A DNA stretch of 64,000 bases from assembly GCA_020184695.1 (NCBI GenBank), contig JAANOX010000253.1, forward strand, positions 248,001 to 312,000. The letters run 5' to 3'. The notes under the pieces are model-generated. The model saw nothing but the letters and a program-made list of their open reading frames with translations, searched no databases and was not told where the DNA came from. Shown piece after piece: positions 56,059 through 64,000 of the stretch. This DNA comes from Histomonas meleagridis 2922-C6/04-290x (taxonomy: Eukaryota > Protista > Parabasalia). The stretch's first letter is position 1; each line of letters opens with the position of its first letter. Made by a program: the position numbers and the translations under genes.

Positions 56059-56829
56059 ATGGAAGAAAAAAATATCTTTGGAGAAAAGCCAAATAAGGAG
56101 GAAATAAAAGTCGAAGATGAAGCTGAAATAAAGACTGAAAAAAAGAATGAGGAAGAGACAGTCGATAGCTCTGAAGACGATGATGAAATCCTTGACATTC
56201 TTCAAAATATGAGAAGTTATATTGATCAAATCATCCAAAAGAGGTCAAGCCGCAAGTCAAAGCAATCACCATGTGACAAACAAAAGGAAACCAGTGATAA
56301 AGAAGAAAAACCTTGTAAGAAAGGTCATCGCAAGCATTTTGAAAGTGATTCATCTTCAAGCGAATCTGGCGACGAAAGGCCATGCAAGAGGAAGCATTTT
56401 GAATCCTCATCTTCTGATGATGAATCAAGTGAAAGCGATAAAGAAAGGCCACCACGACATTTCCATGACAAAATGTGGGGCCATCGCTGCTGTAAAGATC
56501 CTTGCTTTAAGAAATGCAGTATGCCACCACCATGGTTAATGAGGAAGCGTTTCCTCAGGAGATTTGGCATGATGCCACCTCCTCCACCATGGCATTTCTG
56601 CAAGCATATGATGCCACCACCTCCTCCACCACGATTTATGAGAGGCCGTTGCTGCAGGAAAGAAATGAAGCATATGAAATATGGAAAACACATGCCACCT
56701 CCACCACCACCGCCACCTCCTCCTCTACCACCACAGGATCCATACTACGACATGTTCTATCAGCAAAATGATTTCATGCAGCCAGGTTACGAAATGCAGC
56801 CACAATTTTGGCAACCACCAATGTGGTAA
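56059..56829 (+). CDS. Low-complexity protein: acidic N-terminus, Ser-rich repeats, Pro/Met/His/Cys/Arg-rich C-terminus
   Basis: 256-aa ORF; two KRKHFES.SSS..ES..E.P repeats and four M(M)PPP blocks. Confidence 0.7.
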   Translation: MEEKNIFGEKPNKEEIKVEDEAEIKTEKKNEEETVDSSEDDDEILDILQNMRSYIDQIIQKRSSRKSKQSPCDKQKETSDKEEKPCKKGHRKHFESDSSSSESGDERPCKRKHFESSSSDDESSESDKERPPRHFHDKMWGHRCCKDPCFKKCSMPPPWLMRKRFLRRFGMMPPPPPWHFCKHMMPPPPPPRFMRGRCCRKEMKHMKYGKHMPPPPPPPPPPLPPQDPYYDMFYQQNDFMQPGYEMQPQFWQPPMW

Positions 56830-57104
56830 AGTGAATTTTGGGGTGAAATTCACCAACATCAAGTAAAACAACCCCGAAAACCGCCTTTTCGAATTTAAAA
56901 AGTGAAAATTTCTGAGATTTACACATTTTATACTTTAATATTTGCATTTTTATAGTTATTGCTTAATGCTCTTAGGTTATCTAATTATGAATGAATTAAT
57001 TAAACCATGAAGAAGATTAAAAATAGGAAAAATATTGTTTACCAATTTTGTTTATCTTATTGTTAAAATCATATCGAACGCACACATTAAATTATGGGCT
57101 TGCC

Positions 57105-57731
57105 TTAGAAGAGTTCCTCTTGCATTTGGTAGAGGAGTTCTTCTGTCTTTAAAATTGATAGGTTAATGTCGAATTTATTGGCAATAAGAATTTGGGCAGC
57201 TTCTTCTGTGGTAACAGGATATATGTCAACAATTGTATGAACCATTTCTTGAAATTGAGTTGATGCAGGGAAATTTTGATAGAATTCAGCAGATTCAAAA
57301 AAGTCTACGATGTCACCTTCATCATTTCCTTTAACTGTAATAGCATAGTCTATACATGGAATTGCATAACCCATTCCAATAAGATTTTCTTTTAATTTTT
57401 GGATGTCAAAATTATTATTACTATTGCTGGTGATTATAGGTGGCGCCTCTAGAATAGGATCTGGCGTTTTACACCTGGGTGGAGGATCTTTTTCTGTTGG
57501 TTTTTTAAAAATTATGATTGGTATATTTTCTTCGTTTTCATTCTTGAAAAAATCAATAGTCATATTATCATCTGAAATAAGTCTTGACATATAAACAAGT
57601 TGATGGGATGGAATATCTAAATTATACTTTTTAGCAAGAGCAACCCGCATATCACGAACTGTAGTTTTCGGAGGAAGAAGTAAAGAATATTCTTTTGCTA
57701 GTGGAGTGGTGAATTTTAATTCGATTTGCAT
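57105..57731 (-). CDS. Ubiquitin-like domain protein with UBA-like C-terminal region
   Basis: MQIELKF...TTVRDMR..LA.......HQLVYM.R.I.D (UBL); LKENLIGMGY (UBA-like). Confidence 0.7.
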   Translation of the reverse strand: MQIELKFTTPLAKEYSLLLPPKTTVRDMRVALAKKYNLDIPSHQLVYMSRLISDDNMTIDFFKNENEENIPIIIFKKPTEKDPPPRCKTPDPILEAPPIITSNSNNNFDIQKLKENLIGMGYAIPCIDYAITVKGNDEGDIVDFFESAEFYQNFPASTQFQEMVHTIVDIYPVTTEEAAQILIANKFDINLSILKTEELLYQMQEELF

Positions 57732-57891
57732 TTGCCTAAAAAAAATAATTTTTTCAATTATAGGGGTTTAAACGTTCGAATAAATGAACCCATACAATCA
57801 AATTTTCGCCCAGCAATTAGACTGTTCAATTCCACAGATTTTTGTTATTAAAAGGTAAGTTATATAAATGTTTAAAGGATTACATTCTAAT

Positions 57892-58170
57892 TTATTTGGC
57901 TTGTGCTTCACGGAGACGTTTGATTGCAGCGCGGGCTGTGAGAGCTGCTGGTGTTGATGGAATATAAGCACCACCTGTAGTTGCCTTACCACATTTTTGG
58001 CATTTCCAAATACCAACAACTGTTCTTCTAACAGATGTCTTTCCACAGAATGGACATGGATATTTCTTACGTTGTGAAATCTCAATCTTTTTTATTGTCT
58101 TACGAAGGGAAGCACCATAGCGAACACCATATTTACCAACAATACCAACTTTCTTTGTTCTGCGAGCCAT
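57892..58170 (-). CDS. RPL37A: 60S ribosomal protein eL43 (L37a)
   Basis: [30 protein letters not shown]...WKCQKC zinc ribbon; ATG at 58170. Confidence 0.98.
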   Translation of the reverse strand: MARRTKKVGIVGKYGVRYGASLRKTIKKIEISQRKKYPCPFCGKTSVRRTVVGIWKCQKCGKATTGGAYIPSTPAALTARAAIKRLREAQAK

Positions 58171-58276
58171 TTTCAAAAAGGCAGGCCAAAACCGTTTTTG
58201 ACGCTTATTTCACATCACATGTCCAATTAAACAAGTTGCCCGTTAGTCTAACCGTCAATGGTCGGCCCTTTTACCA
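58171..58276. promoter_or_regulatory. Compact divergent promoter region between RPL37A and RPS17
   Basis: CCTTT just upstream of each ATG on its own strand (58177-58181 minus; 58267-58271 plus); AACCGTT at 58190-58196 and AACCGTC at 58250-58256. These resemble the T. vaginalis M5 and M3 core-promoter motifs. Confidence 0.65.
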
Positions 58277-58660
58277 ATGGGTCGCATCAGAACCAAGACA
58301 ACGAAAAGAGCCTCACGTCTTATCATTGAACGTTTCTACGGACAACTCAGTTTTGACTTCCAAGACAACAAGCGTGTTTGTGATGAAGTTGCCACCATCC
58401 CATCTAAAAGAATGAGGAATAAGATTGCTGGCTATGTTACACATTTAATGCGTCGTCTCGAGCGCGGTCCAGTTCGTGGTATTTCATTCAAACTTCAGGA
58501 AGAAGAACGTGAAAAGCGTGACAACTGGATGCCAAAAATTTCACAACTCGAACAACCAACAATCAGTGTCGATCCAGACACCAAAGCTATGCTTGCTTCC
58601 ATTGGTCTTGAAAAGATGGAAGGTGTTGTTGTTAGAGACAATGTTCGCCGCCATAAATAA
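58277..58660 (+). CDS. RPS17: 40S ribosomal protein eS17
   Basis: [55 protein letters not shown]. Confidence 0.98.
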   Translation: MGRIRTKTTKRASRLIIERFYGQLSFDFQDNKRVCDEVATIPSKRMRNKIAGYVTHLMRRLERGPVRGISFKLQEEEREKRDNWMPKISQLEQPTISVDPDTKAMLASIGLEKMEGVVVRDNVRRHK

Positions 58661-58718
58661 ATCATCTGATTTTTCTCAAGGCTGGATCGAATTTAAAAAG
58701 AGATTTTTATTCTGTTTC

Positions 58719-59663
58719 TTAAAGGAGCCACTTTTCCTCTTCTTCTTCGTTTTCTTCTTCAGCTTTTTCATTGTTCTCATTATTTGAATTTTCGGGAACA
58801 TTTGCAGCTGGCGTTGGTTTTTCGGCCGCTTTGGAAGGCGCCTTGAAGCTGTATATGATTCTAGAGATCTCTGGTTTCAAGAAGCTGAGAATTACATTCT
58901 TTTGAGCAATTGCAATTAAATCTCCATCTCTGTTTTTGACGCCACGAAGGAGCATATCTATCATCGAGAAGTCCTCTGTCTTAGTGAACCAATCTTGTTG
59001 AAGTGCTTCGTTGAAGAGATTTTCGGCAGCGACAATATCATTTCGTTTGAGATGAATAACAATTGCAGATACAACACAATGTGCTGCGTTGTCGTAGTTC
59101 TTGAGAAACAAAAATGCCTTTTTGGCACGGTCCCATACTTGGAAAGTCTCCGGATATTTTTCCATATCATTTGCTAATATGGCAAAATCAACAAAAGAGT
59201 CTTTCTCCCAATGATACTTTTCGGTGTTCTCAATGACATCAAGAAGAGTGTCGTAAAGAACGTAAGCAACTTCTGGATCTGTTTGTTTAAGTCTTTGAGC
59301 CATTTCTTTCATACGACGAATTCCTTGGAGTGGCTGATCGCATTCAAAGAACCTGACCTTTGCTTCTTGGAGGAGACGAAGAACTTCATTGGATTCATTA
59401 TGATTGAGAGCTGCTTTTGCTGCTGAAACATAGCATTCACCGGATTTTCCTTGAAGTCCACTATTATCATATGCAATGGCAGCTTGTTCATAAGCTTCTT
59501 TAGCTTCTGCAAACATGTTGAGATTTGAATAAGCATCTCCTGCTTTTGAAAATGATGACGAAGCTGTAACATAGTCTGGCTTGTGGAAGAAAGACTTTTT
59601 ATTGGCGCTGACGCCAGCTTTCATAAAGTTATCTGCTTCCTTGATTTGCTTTGGATCGTTCAT
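58719..59663 (-). CDS. Soluble NSF attachment protein, gamma-SNAP-like
   Basis: FFHKPDYVTASSSFSKAG N-terminus, TPR-like helices, acidic C-terminus. Confidence 0.75.
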   Translation of the reverse strand: MNDPKQIKEADNFMKAGVSANKKSFFHKPDYVTASSSFSKAGDAYSNLNMFAEAKEAYEQAAIAYDNSGLQGKSGECYVSAAKAALNHNESNEVLRLLQEAKVRFFECDQPLQGIRRMKEMAQRLKQTDPEVAYVLYDTLLDVIENTEKYHWEKDSFVDFAILANDMEKYPETFQVWDRAKKAFLFLKNYDNAAHCVVSAIVIHLKRNDIVAAENLFNEALQQDWFTKTEDFSMIDMLLRGVKNRDGDLIAIAQKNVILSFLKPEISRIIYSFKAPSKAAEKPTPAANVPENSNNENNEKAEEENEEEEEKWLL

Positions 59664-60055
59664 TTGTTTTTTTGAAAGATAACCGTTTCATTGGACGGTT
59701 TTATGAGAAAATGAATTTTTATAACATTTCGTTTTCAGAAGAAACTACAAATTTTTTGCATAAGGAAACCATTATTTAATTGTTCCATATTATATAAATT
59801 AATCTATAAGATGTATTTGATAATTTTGTTCAACTAATTAGTGAAATGTTTTCCGTACAATTTGAAAAATATTTCCCATAAATATAGACTTATTGAAAAA
59901 TTTATGAACAAAATTAAAGAATAAGATTAACATTGAATAATAAATATCAAACATTCGACCAAATTGAAGAACTTCTTGTTTCGGTGCCACTTTTGGGCAT
60001 TATAAACTATTCAAAATCACATTATTTTATTTCTTTATTGTGAGCATTTGTTCCA

Positions 60056-61378
60056 ATGAAAACGTCAAAAAAGACTAAGGCAGATGCAGCACATCAAGAT
60101 GAAGTGAATAAGGAAATAAAGTGTTGTACGTGTGATAGAGTTTTAACAGGCAAAAGGCATATTCGATGTACACGTTGTCCTGATTTTATTCAATGCTTAA
60201 CTTGTCTATCAAATGGTCGTACCTCAAGATCACATGATATTTCTCATATGTTTTATTCTGTTTACAAAAAATCAAAACCACTTTTTAGGGAAGATTGGGA
60301 TAAAGAAGAAGAAATCCTTTTACTTTTTGGAATAAAAATGCTTGGCTTTGGGAATTGGCATGAAATAGAAAAAATCATTGCAACAAAATCAGCTCTACAA
60401 TGTCAAGATCATTACATTAATACTTATATAAAATCCCCAAAAGCCCCATTTCCTGTCCGAAAAGTCCTCCCAAGAGTTGATCCAGAGCCAATACCACTTA
60501 GCTATCAAATACGTGATACAGAATCCAAACCATCAATAGGTCATAAAGATAATCTAAAAAAAAGGAACAAAACACGCCCAACAACCACAGGTGAATACTC
60601 AGATTACATGCCGTATCGCCATGAATTCGATAAAGAGTATCAAAATTCTGCCGAATCAATTGTCGGATCTCTCAAATTCTGTAGCGACGAAACTGAATCC
60701 AGTTTCCAATCCAAAGTCGAACGCCTCCAGTCGTATAATTTCATTTTACAGGAGCGTCGATTCCGAACAAAGATTATTGAAGATTGGCGAATTCAAGATA
60801 TCGAAGTCAAAACCGATTCTAAGATGAAACATACTATAGTTGGCAAAGATATTGAACTTGTTCGTCTTCTAGATCCAGCCACTAGTGAGTTAAGAGAGAT
60901 CAATTCCAAAATCCTTCCACTTGCCCCTTATATTGGGCACAGAAAAACTTTACAACTTGTGCAGGCTGTCGACAAGAACATACAGAATGACTTCCATATC
61001 AAAACGCTTCGGACATGGCAATCGTATCACATCACATCTCTTCACGAAGGTCATATGTTTAAGGCACTGAGTAACTACGTCAATGAAAAGATCACTGACA
61101 TCGACAAATGGAACGACTTAATACGGAAATATGGCAACACTAAAAGTCAGACTGTCGAAACACAATTCCTTTCGCCTGAAGAAAAAATCCTTTGCGCGAG
61201 CATAAGAGTAAACCAGGACATGTACCTGGCAATAAAGGAGTTTATGATTAGGGAATACTCCGTTGATGGACATTTTGATCGAGAAAAATTAAAGATGATA
61301 ACGAATAAGGACCTGACGCTGAAGCAGTTGGAAGAAATCTACGATTACATGGTCGGAAACGGATGGATCGCAGAATGA
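60056..61378 (+). CDS. ADA2: Transcriptional adaptor ADA2-like (ZZ zinc finger, SANT, SWIRM)
   Basis: CCTCD...IRCTRCPDFIQCLTCL, W.KEEEILLL.GI..LGFGNW.EI, YMPYRHEFDKEYQNSAE, C-terminal SWIRM-like block. Confidence 0.9.
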   Translation: MKTSKKTKADAAHQDEVNKEIKCCTCDRVLTGKRHIRCTRCPDFIQCLTCLSNGRTSRSHDISHMFYSVYKKSKPLFREDWDKEEEILLLFGIKMLGFGNWHEIEKIIATKSALQCQDHYINTYIKSPKAPFPVRKVLPRVDPEPIPLSYQIRDTESKPSIGHKDNLKKRNKTRPTTTGEYSDYMPYRHEFDKEYQNSAESIVGSLKFCSDETESSFQSKVERLQSYNFILQERRFRTKIIEDWRIQDIEVKTDSKMKHTIVGKDIELVRLLDPATSELREINSKILPLAPYIGHRKTLQLVQAVDKNIQNDFHIKTLRTWQSYHITSLHEGHMFKALSNYVNEKITDIDKWNDLIRKYGNTKSQTVETQFLSPEEKILCASIRVNQDMYLAIKEFMIREYSVDGHFDREKLKMITNKDLTLKQLEEIYDYMVGNGWIAE

Positions 61379-61780
61379 TGGAGTTTCTATACATCTCAAA
61401 AATATTAATAAACATAGAGTAAACCTTTTGTTTTTAAGGATTCATTCTTCTATTTTTGGATATTTTTATTTTAAAATTCAATTAATGATAAATGTGTTTC
61501 AATTTTTTGTTTATTTTTGATGATTTAACTGATGTTTCATGCAGAAATTAATCAAAATATGCTTATAAATTGTAGTTGCTGATGTATTAACATAAATTTC
61601 TATTAAAGTTTACATTAATTACACCTCTTCACTAAAAAATGAAGAAATGGTGTCATATGAAAATTAAACATGATACAAGATTTTATGTGAAAACTATTAA
61701 ATTTTAATTTTATTATTATTTGATCAATATTATGATAAAATATATCAATATTTTAAGATTTAAGAAAATTTCAATTTTTT

Positions 61781-62411
61781 TTATTTATTATACAAAATTA
61801 TATTTATTAAGGTGCCTATATTACAAATAAAAATTTTTGACTCGATTTTATTAATGATAGAGAATTGTCCATCGCCTTCAAATGTTCCGACGTTTTGCAA
61901 TTTAATGTTTCTTAATGATATACAATCCTTAAAACAATATGACGGAAATGTATCAATTCTTTGTAATGAAACATTACATAAATTAATACATCCCAAGAAT
62001 GCGTAATCACTAATTTTATTTAATCGAGGAAAATTAATTGACTTTAATGACGTACAATATTGAATGAGATCCACAATATTTGAGTAGAGGAAAATCAACA
62101 AGTTCTAATCTCGAACAACATGAAAATGCATACTCGGAAATTTCTGTAACATTTGGAAATGTAATTCTTTCTAGGTTCATGCAATTTTGAAAAACACTTT
62201 CACCAATATATTTTAAGGAAAGAGCTTCAACGGAAATCAGATCTGGACACCTTGAAAATAGATATGATTCAAAACTCAAAGCATTTGCTAAGGAAAGATA
62301 TTTCAAACTCATACAATAGTCAAATGAAACATATTCAGTGTTTTCAGCTGTAGTAACTATGGAAATGTTTTTTTTTATTGATATGCATACAAGAGAATAA
62401 AGAGCCGACAA
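61781..62411 (-). pseudogene. Truncated, frameshifted BspA-like LRR gene
   Basis: Two overlapping ORFs with FP.VT.I.EYAF..C..L repeats joined by a frameshift near 62060; no TM end. Confidence 0.65.
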
Positions 62412-63738
62412 TTTGAAGTCAAAACTTTAAAAATAAATAAACTTTTGAAAAAAATTGACAACGATTTTTTAATAGTAGATCGTTTACTTTTCACAGAAAA
62501 AACAAATTTAAATTGTAATTGTAATAAAAGAGCTTAGTATGAAAGAACGATATGTTTCTAAACTCTCTATTTCAAATATTCGTAATACAATATTAAATTA
62601 ATCGTCCGTTTTTACCTATGGTGTAATTCTTCTTGAGCTCCGAATGTAACACATTGGGTTACCAATGAATCAGACAGTGTTTCTTTTACAAGAATGACCA
62701 AAATAATCCAACAAGCAATAGATCTTTCTGTACTCTAGAGATATAGGAATTCTGTCAATGCTTTATGGAATTAACAATACAGAAAACAGATCAAGAAATC
62801 GCAAGTAATGAATTATCAAACTGTATTTAAATCTCAAAGGAAGCTTATACCTGATATCTAAATAATGTGATAAGTTTAAAAAAGCTCAATCGTGAAGGAT
62901 AACAGTGCAAAATTCATAGACAAAACAATCTAAAACGAGTTAATTTTTTAATGAAGAGTGTGATACTTTTTGTTTTGATATATTTAATTATAAGTGAGAA
63001 TGTCATGTCATAAGTAATAATTATTATCTTTTTCTCAATATTCTTGAAACACCTTATAATTTTCCTTTGTGTATATATGTAATATATTAACATTATTATT
63101 ACAAATGATAAATCAAAATATACATAAAATTAAAACGTATTAAAAATGTATTAAATTTTCCCAAAAATAGAATATGAACTTTTATGGGAACATTAAGATT
63201 AGATACCAAATTTCTTTTACTGTAGTATGATATGATAGCCATATTTTTTTGTTATGGATAAATTACATCCTTTATCGTATTAACGTCTGCATCTCTCAAT
63301 ATTTGAATACTTTACAATAAAAGATTTTGATCAATTGGTCACTTAATGAAACCCATTTTCTCCAAAATTAGAAAGGAAGCATAAAATTTTATGTTAAGAA
63401 ATTGGTCTCCAGACGTCATGTTAAAAAATTAATTCAGAGAAGAAATTTCTTTAGCAACATTGGCATAAATTAAGACACATTGAAACTTAAAGTTTAACAG
63501 TAACTTGGAAGAAAAAAATTTATGGTAATTTTAATCGGCTTCAATAGAATTATAATTCTAATTTTATATTGTTGGCGTTATTTCGGTTTTTTAGCAGGGT
63601 TTCATAGAAATAAACGGTGTCTTCATGACTTTTTCTGTTTTTTCATAGAAAAGTCTATTGAAATATCCATAAAAGAAATTGTGGTTTCTTAAATGAAAAA
63701 GTGGAAAAAAGACAGCTGGGCGAAAAACGCTATCACTG

Positions 63739-64000
63739 ATGGAAAATTGTTCGTCACACATTTTTATTACAATCCCATGCTTGAGCAAAACCATCATGAC
63801 AGATATTTCATTCAGCGAAAAAGTTTCTGATTTAATTAGTCGAGTACTTCTTGAATTAGGAATCAAAGAATTTTCAAATTTTCAACTCTTTGGAAAAAAA
63901 ATAAATTTACAAGCCATACCAAACGACAGCCTTTGTTACACATTATTTGCATCACCATATGATTCATTTCTTCTTCAAAACATTGATTTTACAATTGTTA
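63739..64000 (+). CDS. 5' part of a gene running off the window, possible ubiquitin-like N-terminal domain
   Basis: TCACT initiator-like motif at 63733-63737, ATG at 63739, open to the end: MENCSSHIFITIPCLSKTIMTDISFSEKVSDLISRVLLELGIKEFSNFQLF... Confidence 0.55.
   Translation, partial: MENCSSHIFITIPCLSKTIMTDISFSEKVSDLISRVLLELGIKEFSNFQLFGKKINLQAIPNDSLCYTLFASPYDSFLLQNIDFTIV

Noticed and set aside
63591-63866. Minus-strand 91-aa ORF
   Set aside because: Overlaps the better-supported plus-strand gene starting at 63739 (initiator plus ATG).

Overview
AT-rich, gene-dense, nearly intron-free eukaryotic DNA in the standard genetic code. Gene content points to a parabasalid (trichomonad/tritrichomonad-like) protist: BspA-type LRR surface proteins, DUF3447/ankyrin genes, R2R3-Myb, and TCA-type initiator, CCTTT and AACCGTT promoter motifs. 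About 30 genes are present, including SerRS, a CYRI/FAM49 protein, a PPP phosphatase, RhoGAP, Rab, a prominin-like protein, eL43, eS17, gamma-SNAP, ADA2 and several bacterial-type enzymes. Two partial edge genes are missing from the ORF track, one of them a BRCA2-like BRC-repeat array at the left edge. Main result: two paralogous DUF3447-ankyrin genes (25308-28899 minus; 35399-38616 plus) have ankyrin repeats split at the same point (between ...INAKD and TAL...) by an AT-rich, frame-breaking spacer with no conserved GT-AG ends. I counted 25 spacers: 23 are exactly 80 nt, one is 83 nt and one is 63 nt. All 25 downstream ankyrin modules are stop-free with only 3n indels, and the one uninterrupted repeat has a 12-nt linker. 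This suggests a family of non-canonical removable elements (non-spliceosomal intron, micro-exon splicing or ribosome bypass) rather than decay. The mechanism cannot be determined from DNA alone. A ~1.9-kb inverted duplication of a TBC Rab-GAP gene carries complementary deletions in its two copies and could partly be an assembly artefact. All lengths were counted by hand.
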